DNA from: Gammaproteobacteria bacterium
GTDB taxonomy: Bacteria > Pseudomonadota > Gammaproteobacteria > Arenicellales > Poriferihabitantaceae
Length of the DNA stretch: 59,605 nt
Direction of reading: 5' to 3'
Assembly (NCBI GenBank): GCA_030590945.1
Contig: JAUVBY010000004.1
Span: forward strand, 1-59,605
Each line of letters opens with the position of its first letter. Positions within the stretch are counted from its first letter, which is position 1. A model generated the notes under the pieces. That model had not been told where the DNA came from. It saw only the letters and a list, made by a program, of their open reading frames with translations, and ran no database searches. The translations under genes and the position numbers were made by a program. Shown piece after piece: positions 36,445 to 46,934 of the stretch.

Positions 36445-38946
36445 ATGCTTAAATTGATAAAAATGGTCTTGAATGCTATTACCAGCGTGCTGGGTACTTT
36501 AATCGGGCGTGTGTTCGGCTTTTTAATGATGGCGGGTCTGTTTGTTGGTGTATTAATAGGCATCTATGTATTCGGTTTGCTCGATGAATTGCCGGATATT
36601 GAGCATGCTAATGAGATCGAGTTAAACGTGCCGCTTCGCATTTTTACCAGCGATGGCTTGCTGATCGGGGAATACGGCAACGAACGGCGCATCCCTGTGC
36701 TTATCCAGGATACGCCGCCCATCTTGCTGGATGCGATTATCTCCGCTGAGGATGACAGTTTTTACAGCCATTCAGGGGTTGATTACAAAGCGATACTGCG
36801 TGCGGTGCTGAGTAATGTTAAATCAGGCGGACGCGGCCAGGGTGCGAGCACCATTACCATGCAGGTGGCACGAAATTTCTTTTTGAGCAACGAAAAAACC
36901 TATGAGCGCAAACTCAAGGAAGTGCTGGTGGCGTTTAAGTTGGAGAAAAACCTCAGCAAGGCGCAGATCCTGGAGCTGTACATCAACAAAATATTCCTGG
37001 GTAATCGCTCTTATGGTTTTGCAGCGGCAGCGCAGACCTACTATGGCCAGCCATTGAATGAATTAAATCTGCCTCAGCTAACCATGCTCGCGGGTTTGCC
37101 TAAGGCGCCTTCAGCCTATAACCCTGTGCGTAATCAGAATCGCGCCCGACAGCGCCGTAATTATGTGTTGGATCGAATGCATACCTTAAAATTGATTGAT
37201 GATTTAAGCCACAGAGTGGCCAAAGCCGCACCCATCACCGCCAGCCTGCATCTGGCTGAACTGGATATGCAGGCCCCCTACGTTTCGGAGCTCGCGCGGC
37301 AGTATATGGTGGATCACTACGGCCGGGATGAAACCTATTCCAAAGGGTATAATGTCACGCTGACGGTCAATTCTGCGTATCAGCGATCGGCACGAAAGGC
37401 CATTCGTCAGGGTTTGCTGGATTACGATAGTCGTCACGGCTATCGGGGCGCAGCGGCAAATGTGGCACTTGATGAGATCGAACTTGAGGCGGATGAATTA
37501 TCTAAAGCCACCCAGGTATTACGTGATTATTCATCAAGCGCTGAACTGAAAGTTGCGCTGGTATCGCAGGTCGATGAGAAATCGGCGCTGGCGACGCTGG
37601 GAAACGATGAAAATATTATGCTTGAATGGCAAGGTATATCCTGGGCGCAGCCGTATAAAACACCCGACGCTATGGGGCCAAAACCTGAGAATGCGGCTTC
37701 AGTGCTTTCGGTTGGTGATGTAATTTATGTTCTGAAACAGGCCGATGAAAGCGAAGGCGAGCAAAAGAAGGAGGGAGGCTGGCGGTTGAGCCAATTACCC
37801 GAGATTTCCGGTGCAATGGTGACCCTGGACAGCAAAACGGGAGCGATTTTGTCAATGGTGGGTGGGTTTGATTACTATCTATCCAAGTTCAATCGCGCCG
37901 CCATGGCGCGCAGGCAGCTGGGCTCAAATATCAAGCCATTTATATATTCTGCGGCGTTGGAGCAGGGTTTAACACCAGCCAGCCGAGTGAGCGGAGCGCC
38001 AATCGTGGTTGAGAGTGGTGAGGAAGGGGTATGGCGCCCGGAGAACTATTCGAAAAAGTTTTTTGGCCCCACGCGTCTGCGAAAGGCTTTGACGCTGTCC
38101 CTGAACCTGGTGTCGGTTCGGCTGCTGCGCGCAATCGGGATCGACTATACCGTTGAATTTCTGCGCGGTTTTGGCTTTGAAGCATCGACGCTGCCCAAAA
38201 ATTTATCGCTGGCCCTGGGTAGTGCCTCGGTAACGCCTTTGCAGGTGGTGAGTGCCTATGCCACGCTTGCAAACGGTGGGCTCAAAACCCGACCTTTTCT
38301 AATTAAGGGGATTACCGATCGCGATGGCAACTATATTTCGAAAATAGAAACCAGCTGTGATCTGTGTTCTGTGCTGGATGAAGATACCCGGCCCTTTTCA
38401 AACCTGACGGATCTTGAGCTGGCTACGCCCTCGATTTCTCCTGAGGGTGATTTTCTGATTACGGATATGATGAAAAGTGTGATTACCTCGGGTACGGGGC
38501 GCAAGGCACTAGTGTTGGGGCGCAAAGATCTCTCGGGGAAAACCGGTACCACGAATAATTATCGCGATGCCTGGTTCTCCGGGTTTAACCCGGATGTGGC
38601 AACCAGCGTATGGGTAGGCTTTGATCAGCCCAGTTATCTGGGGCGCCGTGAGTCAGGTGCGGGTGCTGCATTGCCGATCTGGGTGAATCATATGCGTGAA
38701 GTGCTTAAAGATTATCCTGAGGCGCCGGCCGTAGCTCCGCCGGGCATCACCACCGCGTTTATCTCCAAACAGGATGCGGAATTGACTCACGCAGAGGACC
38801 CGGATGGTTTCTGGGAGTTTTTTGCGCTGGGCACACAACCGGGCCACTCTGAAAAGTACGTAAGCGGGCAGGACAATTTACCGGTTGCCCCACGCCCCGC
38901 TCAAACTGATACAGATACCGAAGTTGAATCTGAAGAGCTTTTTTAA
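36445..38946 (+). CDS. mrcA: Penicillin-binding protein 1A
   Basis: AEDDSFY, GASTITMQ, RKLKE; transpeptidase SNIK, SLN, KTG. Confidence 0.95.
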   Translation: MLKLIKMVLNAITSVLGTLIGRVFGFLMMAGLFVGVLIGIYVFGLLDELPDIEHANEIELNVPLRIFTSDGLLIGEYGNERRIPVLIQDTPPILLDAIISAEDDSFYSHSGVDYKAILRAVLSNVKSGGRGQGASTITMQVARNFFLSNEKTYERKLKEVLVAFKLEKNLSKAQILELYINKIFLGNRSYGFAAAAQTYYGQPLNELNLPQLTMLAGLPKAPSAYNPVRNQNRARQRRNYVLDRMHTLKLIDDLSHRVAKAAPITASLHLAELDMQAPYVSELARQYMVDHYGRDETYSKGYNVTLTVNSAYQRSARKAIRQGLLDYDSRHGYRGAAANVALDEIELEADELSKATQVLRDYSSSAELKVALVSQVDEKSALATLGNDENIMLEWQGISWAQPYKTPDAMGPKPENAASVLSVGDVIYVLKQADESEGEQKKEGGWRLSQLPEISGAMVTLDSKTGAILSMVGGFDYYLSKFNRAAMARRQLGSNIKPFIYSAALEQGLTPASRVSGAPIVVESGEEGVWRPENYSKKFFGPTRLRKALTLSLNLVSVRLLRAIGIDYTVEFLRGFGFEASTLPKNLSLALGSASVTPLQVVSAYATLANGGLKTRPFLIKGITDRDGNYISKIETSCDLCSVLDEDTRPFSNLTDLELATPSISPEGDFLITDMMKSVITSGTGRKALVLGRKDLSGKTGTTNNYRDAWFSGFNPDVATSVWVGFDQPSYLGRRESGAGAALPIWVNHMREVLKDYPEAPAVAPPGITTAFISKQDAELTHAEDPDGFWEFFALGTQPGHSEKYVSGQDNLPVAPRPAQTDTDTEVESEELF

Positions 38947-38959
38947 GCTTACCCGGCCT

Positions 38960-39763
38960 ATGTCTGTAAGCAACGTTATTATGATTTTATCTGCCGTTCG
39001 AGGTAGGGTCTTGATGCTGCTTTTGTGCGTGTTTCTGAGCGCGTGTGCGAGCATCGACTCAAAACAACAGGCAGCGCCTGAACTCGATGCAGGCGCCGGG
39101 CCAATTGTTAATCCTGATCCATTTGAGACGTTTAACCGGAAGGTTTACGTGTTTAATTCAGATTTTGATAAGGCGATTGGCAAACCTGTGGCCGATGTAT
39201 ACGTTAAGTATCTACCCATACCCGTGCGCCGTAGCATTGCTAATTTTTTCAATAACTTGTGGGAACCAAATTCAATCATCAACGCCTTATTGCAGGGCAA
39301 GTTTGAAAAGGCGGCAATGACGAGTTCACGTTTCATTCTCAATTCAACCGTGGGCCTGTTAGGCCTGTTTGACGTAAGTACTGTATTCGATATTCCACGG
39401 CAGCAGGAGGATCTGGGTCAGACGCTTGCGGTATGGGGCGTGAAGGACGGGCCATACCTGATGCTGCCTTTCCTGGGGCCGTCCAATATACGAGATGCGA
39501 CCACGCTTGGAGTTGAATGGGTCAGCACAGATTTGGTCCCGATTCTGTTTGATGGAACCGAACGCTGGCTGATCGGTGGCACCCGGCTGATTGATGCACG
39601 CGCCAGCGTATTGGGGCTCGAAGCAGCCTTGCAGTTTCAGGTTGATCCTTATGTTTTTCTGCGTGAGAGCTATCGCCAGTCGCGCCTGGTGCAAATTAAC
39701 GATGGTGTGCCTCCGTCCGAGGCGGAGGAAGATCCGTTCGAGGATGCACTGTTTGCTGAATAA
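38960..39763 (+). CDS. mlaA: MlaA/VacJ lipoprotein
   Basis: LSAC lipobox, DPFETFNR, EDLGQTL, GPYLMLPFLGPS; start uncertain. Confidence 0.93.
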   Translation: MSVSNVIMILSAVRGRVLMLLLCVFLSACASIDSKQQAAPELDAGAGPIVNPDPFETFNRKVYVFNSDFDKAIGKPVADVYVKYLPIPVRRSIANFFNNLWEPNSIINALLQGKFEKAAMTSSRFILNSTVGLLGLFDVSTVFDIPRQQEDLGQTLAVWGVKDGPYLMLPFLGPSNIRDATTLGVEWVSTDLVPILFDGTERWLIGGTRLIDARASVLGLEAALQFQVDPYVFLRESYRQSRLVQINDGVPPSEAEEDPFEDALFAE

Positions 39764-39771
39764 CAATCCGA

Positions 39772-39961
39772 ACCCGAATAAATCATGAATTACACCTGTT
39801 CTCACTTGTCTATAGATTCCGCGGCAACCATAGCTGATGATTTCAGGCTTCAATCGACCGTACACACGAGTACGGTGCTCAATCAGAATACTCACTGTGA
39901 AAACCCGTATAAAATTTCATGGCCTGCGTGACCATCAAGCGAATTCATGAAATATCCGGGC
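39772..39961. mobile_element. MITE-like element (190 bp)
   Basis: ACCCGAATAAATCATGAATT versus right end reverse complement GCCCGGATATTTCATGAATT (16/20); internal hairpin ACCGTAC..GTACGGT. Confidence 0.55.
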
Positions 39962-39979
39962 AAAATGGTAGAACAAGAT

Positions 39980-40819
39980 ATGCATGAATCAGGTATTTAC
40001 GCGGTCGGTGATATACAGGGCTGTCTGAAGCCGTTGCGAAGATTGATTATAAAAAGCCCGATTGATCTGCAGCGGGATCAACTTTGGTTTGCGGGAGACC
40101 TGGTTAGCCGGGGCCCGCAATCGCTGGAATCGTTGCGTTATATAAAAGCCTTATCGGAACAGATGGGCGAGCGTATGAAGGTGGTGCTGGGAAATCATGA
40201 TTTGCATTTGCTGGCGTTGGCGCACGGGGTGTGTAAAACAACGCTGACGCCCGGTATGGCGGAAATTCTGCAAGCCAGTGATCGCATTGAATTACTCGAA
40301 TGGCTGCGCCATCAGCCCTTGCTGGTAAGGGATGCCGCGAGCAAGTCAGTGCTGGTTCATGCGGGTGTGTACCCGGCCTGGCGCATCAAGCAGGCGGCGA
40401 AATATGCACGTGAGGTGGAGTCGATACTACATGGCCCGGATTTCTCCAAACTGCTCAAAAAAATGTACGGCAAGCGACCAACGAAATGGTCCGATGATTT
40501 ATCGGGCTGGGAGCGCTACCGTTTCATTATCAATGCAATGACGCGAATGCGATTCTGTACACGCAAAGGCGGGCTTAATTTTAGCTATGCCGGCGCCCCC
40601 GGCGGGCAGTCAAGATCCTTATATCCCTGGTATCAGCTGCCTGTTGTGCCGAGGAAGAACTGGCGGATTATTTTCGGGCACTGGTCCTCTGCGGGAGCGT
40701 GGTTTGATGGTAATCATATCGCGCTGGATAGTGGTTGTGTGTGGGGAGAGCAATTGACCATGGCACGCGTTGATTTACGCAAAATCGTTCTGTATCAAAC
40801 CAGCTGCCAATATGGATAG
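39980..40819 (+). CDS. apaH: Symmetrical diadenosine tetraphosphatase
   Basis: GDIQGC, GDLVSRGP, GNHD, FGHW, LDSGCVWG; start uncertain (39947/39965/39980). Confidence 0.93.
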   Translation: MHESGIYAVGDIQGCLKPLRRLIIKSPIDLQRDQLWFAGDLVSRGPQSLESLRYIKALSEQMGERMKVVLGNHDLHLLALAHGVCKTTLTPGMAEILQASDRIELLEWLRHQPLLVRDAASKSVLVHAGVYPAWRIKQAAKYAREVESILHGPDFSKLLKKMYGKRPTKWSDDLSGWERYRFIINAMTRMRFCTRKGGLNFSYAGAPGGQSRSLYPWYQLPVVPRKNWRIIFGHWSSAGAWFDGNHIALDSGCVWGEQLTMARVDLRKIVLYQTSCQYG

Positions 40820-41636
40820 CACCAAACAGATCCAACGCCTGGAGCAGCAGGTCAAAGCGGGAGAAGATGGCATAAAGGCGATTGATTTGCTTGCACAATC
40901 GGTGCCGCTGTCCAGGCAGAAGCTTAAACAGGCCATGGAAAAGGGCGGGATCTGGCTGAAAAAAGCCAAAGGAGGGCGGCGGCGTTTACGCCGCGCTAAG
41001 AGTTTACTGCATAAAGGTGATGTGCTGGAATTGCATTATGATGCGCATATACTTGCCACCGAAGCGCCTGCCCCTACGCTGGTTGCGGATAAAAATGCCT
41101 ATAGTGTCTGGTTCAAACCCGAAAACATGCTGTCGCAAGGATCAAAATTTGCGGATCATTGCGCGATTACGCGCTGGGTAGAAAAAAACCATACGCCCGC
41201 ACGCGCGGTATATCTGGTGCATCGCCTGGATCGCGCTGCCAGCGGATTAATCCTGCTGGCGCACGATCAGAAAACTGCAGCAAAATTATCTGAGTTATTC
41301 AGGTCGCGCAACATACAAAAACAATACCGCGTCGTTGTAAAAGGGCGCTTTGAGGAGGAGCTGCCCAGGCGCATTGATTTCCCTTTGGATGGCAAGGAGG
41401 CTGAGTCGGTGATTCTCTCGGCGCGTGCGGAAGAGGCGCAAAGTGAACTTACGGTCGAAATAAAAACGGGTCGCAAGCATCAAATTCGTCGTCATCTCAG
41501 CGAGTTGGGCTGGCCTGTATTGGGGGATACACTCTACGGCGATAAAAATGAGCGCGGATCGTTGATGCTGACAGCGAATTATTTGAGTTTTATCTGCCCG
41601 GTTACGAATGCCCCTGTCACCTATCGGCTTGATTAA
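40812..41636 (+). CDS. RluA-family RNA pseudouridine synthase
   Basis: VHRLDRAASG, TGRKHQIRRHL, GDTLY. Confidence 0.92.
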   Translation: MDSTKQIQRLEQQVKAGEDGIKAIDLLAQSVPLSRQKLKQAMEKGGIWLKKAKGGRRRLRRAKSLLHKGDVLELHYDAHILATEAPAPTLVADKNAYSVWFKPENMLSQGSKFADHCAITRWVEKNHTPARAVYLVHRLDRAASGLILLAHDQKTAAKLSELFRSRNIQKQYRVVVKGRFEEELPRRIDFPLDGKEAESVILSARAEEAQSELTVEIKTGRKHQIRRHLSELGWPVLGDTLYGDKNERGSLMLTANYLSFICPVTNAPVTYRLD

Positions 41637-41659
41637 GCGCCTTTTTATTAGTCAGAGCA

Positions 41660-42859
41660 TTGAAAAAAACTGAATTTGTGGTGTTAACCGCGTTGTTGAT
41701 GTCGCTGGTGGCGCTGGCGATAGACATGATCCTGCCTGCCTTACCCTTGCTCGTCGTTGAGTATTCCTTAAGCGATAGCAATCATGCGCAATACGTTATT
41801 TCATCGGTTTTCCTGGGGATGGTGGCTGGAAAGCTGTTGTTTGGTCCACTTTCAGATGCCTGGGGGCGCAAGCCTGCGATTTATATTGGGCTGGTGCTTT
41901 ATATCGGTGGTGCCGTCGTTTGCCTGCTGGCGAACGATTTTTCATTCTTTATCCTGGGTCGTGTTCTCCAGGGCGTGGGTGTGGCGGCCCCGAGGGTAGT
42001 AAGTATTGCGCTGATCAGGGATCGGTTCGACGGCCGTGAAATGGCGCGCATCATGTCTTTTATTATGATGGTGTTTATACTGGTTCCCGCCATTGCACCG
42101 GCGTTAGGGCAGGGTATTTTGAATTATTTTGGCTGGCAGGCCATGCTCTGGGTGTTTGTTCTGACAGGCTTGCTTAGCCTGATCTGGTTTGCCGTGCGTC
42201 AGCCGGAAACGCTGGTTCCCGAAAAGCGTCGGCCACTCGCTTTCTCAACTATTTTTTCCGCTATCAGGGAAGTAATTTCGCATCCGGCTTCTTTAGGTTA
42301 TGGTTTTGCGATTGGATTCGTTTTTGCCGGGTTCGTCGGCTATCTGGTTTCTTCCCAGCAAATCTACGATTTAATATATAACCGCGCTGCTGAGTTCCCC
42401 TACTATTTTGGGGCTCTGGCGTTAGTCATCGGCTCCGCTTCCATTGTGAACGCGCGCTTTGTTGTGCGGCACGGAATGCGCAAACTGTCGGTTTGGGCGC
42501 TGCTTGGGATATGCCTGTTTTCGATCATTGCCATTACGGTCGAATTCGCCTTTCCGGAACCACTGGTATTCCAGGGATTTGTGATCTATTGTTTGCTGAC
42601 ATTTTTTTGCATCGGCATATTATTCGGTAACCTGAATACCCTGGCCATGGAGCCACTGGGTCATATTGCCGGAATTGGTTCCGCTGTGGTGGGCGCCGGA
42701 TCAACTATCATTTCGCTGGTGCTTGGTACTCTGATCGGTCAGGCTATCAGCACCGATGTGATGCCGATGTTGCTGGGATTTTTGCTGATGAGTGTGGCGA
42801 CATTGGTCGCGTTCGCCTGGGTTGATCAAAAAATGATTAATCAGCCTATCCACCCATAA
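41660..42859 (+). CDS. Bcr/CflA-type MFS efflux transporter
   Basis: IDMILPALP, GPLSDAWGRKP, 12 TM. Confidence 0.9.
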   Translation: MKKTEFVVLTALLMSLVALAIDMILPALPLLVVEYSLSDSNHAQYVISSVFLGMVAGKLLFGPLSDAWGRKPAIYIGLVLYIGGAVVCLLANDFSFFILGRVLQGVGVAAPRVVSIALIRDRFDGREMARIMSFIMMVFILVPAIAPALGQGILNYFGWQAMLWVFVLTGLLSLIWFAVRQPETLVPEKRRPLAFSTIFSAIREVISHPASLGYGFAIGFVFAGFVGYLVSSQQIYDLIYNRAAEFPYYFGALALVIGSASIVNARFVVRHGMRKLSVWALLGICLFSIIAITVEFAFPEPLVFQGFVIYCLLTFFCIGILFGNLNTLAMEPLGHIAGIGSAVVGAGSTIISLVLGTLIGQAISTDVMPMLLGFLLMSVATLVAFAWVDQKMINQPIHP

Positions 42860-42940
42860 ATGTTCCCTTGTGTGAATGGCCTGATATAGGCGTGTTCCTG
42901 AGGTAAGATAAGCCGCCTCTTTTTAGTGGCAAACAACATC

Positions 42941-44026
42941 ATGGGTCGTAACTTCAATTTCAGCGCGGGGCCGGCCATGTTGCCTGCAGAGGTGCTTGAG
43001 CGCGCGCAAGAAGAGATACTAGACTGGCGTGGATCGGGCATGTCGGTGATGGAAATGAGCCACCGGGGCAGGGAATACATGTCGATTGCCGGCCAGGCCG
43101 AAACCGATTTTCGCGACATTCTTTCAATACCGGACAATTATAAAGTATTGTTTTTACAGGGTGGCGCGAGCAGCCAGTTTTCCATGGTGCCTATGAATCT
43201 GTTAAATCGCAAGGGCGAGGCGGTAGATTATCTCAATACCGGCGCCTGGTCTAAAAAAGCCATCGCCGAAGCAGCTCATTATGCAGATGTGAATGTAGTG
43301 GCGAGCTCTGAAAGCACAAATTTTTCAAGCATTCCGGCGTTCGATGACTGGAATCTCAACTCCGATGCACAGTATTTCCACTACACCCCGAACGAAACCA
43401 TCGGCGGAGTTGAGTTTCACTGGACTCCCGATGTGGGCGATGTACCAATGGTTGCAGATATGTCGTCGACTATTTTGTCGCGCCCGTTAGATGTGGCGAA
43501 ATATGGTGTGATTTACGCCGGAGCACAAAAAAACATGGGGCCGGCGGGGCTAACGTTAGTAATTGTGCGGGACGATCTTATTCATGAACCGATTGCCGGC
43601 ACGCCCGTGATGTTCAATTATGTCACCCTTGCCAATAGTGGTTCGATGTATAACACACCACCAACCTACGCCTGGTATCTTGCAGGCCTGGTGTTTCAGT
43701 GGATCAAGGAAAAGGGCGGGCTGGCTGCGATGGCTGAAATTAACCAGCGTAAAGCAAAAAAGTTGTATGCGACCATTGATGCCTCGAGTTTTTATGCCAG
43801 CCCGGTAGATTTGAATTGTCGTTCGTGGATGAATATCCCATTCACCCTGGCGAACCCTGAACTGGACGGTGAATTTTTATCCCGGGCTGCTGAGCGTGGA
43901 TTATTGAGTCTCAAAGGCCATCGCTCGGTGGGTGGGATGCGCGCGAGTATATACAATGCGATGCCGGAGGCTGGTGTCGACGCGCTGATATGGTTTATGC
44001 AGGAGTTCGAAAAAGATCGCGCATAA
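42941..44026 (+). CDS. serC: Phosphoserine aminotransferase
   Basis: NFSAGPA, EMSHR, GAQKNMG, GHRSVGGMRAS. Confidence 0.97.
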   Translation: MGRNFNFSAGPAMLPAEVLERAQEEILDWRGSGMSVMEMSHRGREYMSIAGQAETDFRDILSIPDNYKVLFLQGGASSQFSMVPMNLLNRKGEAVDYLNTGAWSKKAIAEAAHYADVNVVASSESTNFSSIPAFDDWNLNSDAQYFHYTPNETIGGVEFHWTPDVGDVPMVADMSSTILSRPLDVAKYGVIYAGAQKNMGPAGLTLVIVRDDLIHEPIAGTPVMFNYVTLANSGSMYNTPPTYAWYLAGLVFQWIKEKGGLAAMAEINQRKAKKLYATIDASSFYASPVDLNCRSWMNIPFTLANPELDGEFLSRAAERGLLSLKGHRSVGGMRASIYNAMPEAGVDALIWFMQEFEKDRA

Positions 44027-44046
44027 GCCAAAACGAAAAATCTAAA

Positions 44047-45213
44047 ATGAAACATAAAATACAAATACTCAACAATATTTCTAAAACCGGCCTGGAGCGT
44101 TTGCCTGAGGCATCTTATACCTTGAGCGAGGATGAGGTGAACCCGAATGCAATACTGTTACGCTCGCAAGATTTGCACGCCAAGGATGTACCAGGATCCT
44201 TGTTCGCGGTCGGGCGCGCCGGTGCAGGCGTAAATAACATACCCGTCGAGAAAATGACTGAGAACGGGGTGGTAGTGTTTAACGCGCCGGGCGCGAATGC
44301 CAACGCGGTAAAGGAGCTGGTCATTGCGGGCATGCTAATGGGCTGTCGCAACCTGGTGGCGGCGCATCAATATGTTTGTGATCTGGAGGGCGATGATGAA
44401 GCGCTGCACAGGCAGGTTGAGGCGGGTAAAAAACAGTTTGCCGGTTTTGAACTGCCCGGACGCACGCTCGGTGTGGTGGGTCTGGGTGCCATCGGTGTGC
44501 GCATCGCGAATGCAGCACGGGCACTGGGTATGAACGTAGTGGGTTTTGATCCGCGTATCTCGATCAAGCATGCCTGGGCCTTGTCGTCTGACGTACAGCC
44601 GGTGGAAAATATTGATACCTTGTTAGCCAAATCAGATTTTATAACTTTCCATGTGCCCCTGATCGATAGCACTCGGGATTTGATCAATACAAAAAGCCTG
44701 AAAAAGATGAAAGACCGGGCCATTATCCTGAATTTTGCACGAAATGGCATAGTAAATGACGATGCGGTTTGTGCCGCGCTGGAGTCAGGAAAGCTATACG
44801 CCTATGTCTGTGATTTTCCGAGTAACCAGCTCAAAGCCCAGCCCTGCGTCATTACACTGCCCCACCTGGGCGCGTCTACCCGGGAGGCCGAAGTCAACTG
44901 TGCGGTGATGGTCACCGACCAGGTGCGTGATTATCTGGAAGACGGCACGATCCAGAATGCGGTAAACCTGCCCGATATCAGGCTTGCTCGCGCAGGGCAG
45001 GCGCGTCTGGCCATCCTGAATCGGAACGTGCCGGATATGATCGGAAAAGTCTCACACATTCTGGGTGAGGCTGACACCAATATTCATCACATGGTTAATG
45101 ATTCCAGGGGAGATTTCGCCTATACCCTGATGGACCTGGATTCTAAAATTACTGATGCCGTGGTTAAGAAAATAGAATCGATTGACGGGGTGTTAAAGAC
45201 TCGAGTGCTTTAA
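44047..45213 (+). CDS. serA: D-3-phosphoglycerate dehydrogenase with ACT domain
   Basis: RAGAGVNN, GLGAIG, NFAR, PHLGAST; follows serC. Confidence 0.93.
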   Translation: MKHKIQILNNISKTGLERLPEASYTLSEDEVNPNAILLRSQDLHAKDVPGSLFAVGRAGAGVNNIPVEKMTENGVVVFNAPGANANAVKELVIAGMLMGCRNLVAAHQYVCDLEGDDEALHRQVEAGKKQFAGFELPGRTLGVVGLGAIGVRIANAARALGMNVVGFDPRISIKHAWALSSDVQPVENIDTLLAKSDFITFHVPLIDSTRDLINTKSLKKMKDRAIILNFARNGIVNDDAVCAALESGKLYAYVCDFPSNQLKAQPCVITLPHLGASTREAEVNCAVMVTDQVRDYLEDGTIQNAVNLPDIRLARAGQARLAILNRNVPDMIGKVSHILGEADTNIHHMVNDSRGDFAYTLMDLDSKITDAVVKKIESIDGVLKTRVL

Positions 45214-45339
45214 ATTCGGCTCAATATCCGGAGTAATGAGCGCAGCGGGATTTGTTGGTGAACCGGTGGTTCAATCGATATCCACAGGGAATTAATGCTA
45301 AACTTTTGTAAGATTGATGAACACGATATAGGAGAAAAA

Positions 45340-45696
45340 ATGATGAAGATTAAATTTCAGAAAATGCGCGTCTTATCTGTATTTGTACGGGTGGTGGGGC
45401 TGTGCTCTACGCTATTGATTAGCCAGCAGGCTGTAGCGTTGGCGACACTCCTGGGTGAGGCAGAGAACGGTGGCAAACTGCTTGACGCGCGCTGTTCTGC
45501 CTGTCACGTGAATATGTTCGGTGGCGATGGCAGCGCCATTTATACCCGTGAGGAGCACTCGGTTAAAACCGTTGAGGGCTTGATGGCCCGCGTCGAGGCT
45601 TGTAATGTCAACACTCAGAACGGCGAACTCAGCGCAGACCAGATGGATGATCTTACAGCGTATTTGAATGAGGCGTTTTATAAGTTCGAAGATTAG
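45340..45696 (+). CDS. Monoheme cytochrome c
   Basis: Signal peptide, CSACH; RBS AGGAG. Confidence 0.85.
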   Translation: MMKIKFQKMRVLSVFVRVVGLCSTLLISQQAVALATLLGEAENGGKLLDARCSACHVNMFGGDGSAIYTREEHSVKTVEGLMARVEACNVNTQNGELSADQMDDLTAYLNEAFYKFED

Positions 45697-45719
45697 AAAA
45701 TCGTAGCCAGCATCACGTA

Positions 45720-46751
45720 ATGAGCGACCGACAGCACCTGAATATTGCACTCTGGTTGCTTGCAATATGCGTGATTATTTTTTGCATGATCAGTTTGGGC
45801 GGAGTAACGCGCCTGACCGGATCAGGCTTGTCGATGGTACAGTGGGCACCAGTCACGGGTATTCTGCCGCCGCTGAATGACTCACAGTGGCTGGCAGTTT
45901 ATAAGTTATATCAGGCATCGCCTGAATTTATAAAGGTTAACGCCAGCCTGGACCTGGAAGGCTTTAAATCGATATTCTGGTTTGAATATTTCCATCGTTT
46001 GCTCGGTCGTTTGATTGGCATCCTGTTTTTTATCCCGATGGTGTACTTTTTTGTACGCTATCCCCTGACCGTCAAGCTTAAATTTCAGTTGCTGGGCTTG
46101 TTTGTACTCGGTGGTTTGCAGGGCTTGATGGGCTGGTATATGGTGAAAAGCGGCCTGGTGAATGACCCGCATGTTAGTCAGTATCGGCTGGTGGCGCACC
46201 TTGCGCTGGCTCTGGTTCTGTATGTCGCCATTTTCTGGTTGGGTTCAGCCTATTTTATTCGTAATTGGTCGCAACGATACGCTACCCCCCCTCGCTTGAA
46301 CAGAATGAGTCTGGTTTTGTTTCTGCTGGTATTTCTTACCATCCTGGCGGGTGGCTTTGTGGCAGGAACGCGCGCCGGTTTCGCGTTCAATACTTTTCCC
46401 TTGATGAATGGTGCGCTAATTCCGGAAGGGTATGCTGCGCTAGAGCCATTCTGGAAAAATCTGTTCGAAAATATTGCTTCGGTGCAATTCAATCACCGTT
46501 TGCTGGCTTCAATTTCACTGCTGTTGGCCGGGGTACTAGCCTGGCTGGGGCAAAAGTCACCGCTAAAGCCTGCGCTAAAGCGCCTGTTTATTATCACCTT
46601 GTTACTTATCCTGGTTCAATATTCGCTGGGTATCCTTACCCTGATTAATTATGTACCCCTGGCGCTTGGCGCGGTGCATCAGGCAGCTGCGGTAGTGGTT
46701 TTGACATCTAGTCTGTTTCTGGTTCGGGTCCTGTCGCATCTGAAACAGTAA
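45720..46751 (+). CDS. ctaA: Heme A synthase COX15/CtaA
   Basis: GGVTRLTGSGLS, EYFHRLLGR, GWYMVKSG, HQ. Confidence 0.95.
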   Translation: MSDRQHLNIALWLLAICVIIFCMISLGGVTRLTGSGLSMVQWAPVTGILPPLNDSQWLAVYKLYQASPEFIKVNASLDLEGFKSIFWFEYFHRLLGRLIGILFFIPMVYFFVRYPLTVKLKFQLLGLFVLGGLQGLMGWYMVKSGLVNDPHVSQYRLVAHLALALVLYVAIFWLGSAYFIRNWSQRYATPPRLNRMSLVLFLLVFLTILAGGFVAGTRAGFAFNTFPLMNGALIPEGYAALEPFWKNLFENIASVQFNHRLLASISLLLAGVLAWLGQKSPLKPALKRLFIITLLLILVQYSLGILTLINYVPLALGAVHQAAAVVVLTSSLFLVRVLSHLKQ

Positions 46752-46934
46752 ATGCGTTAAGGTTTTGAAGTTTATTTTCGTCCTTAATAACACTATTTAA
46801 ATAACTAGGGTAAAAAGGCCCGGAAAATTTGATTCAGCGGACTATTTCCCTGTAAAGTACGAGCGATATCCGTTTTAGCGCATTGATTTGTTCTGCGCAC
46901 GCAACGATTAATTAAAAGATTGAGGAAATTCAGT

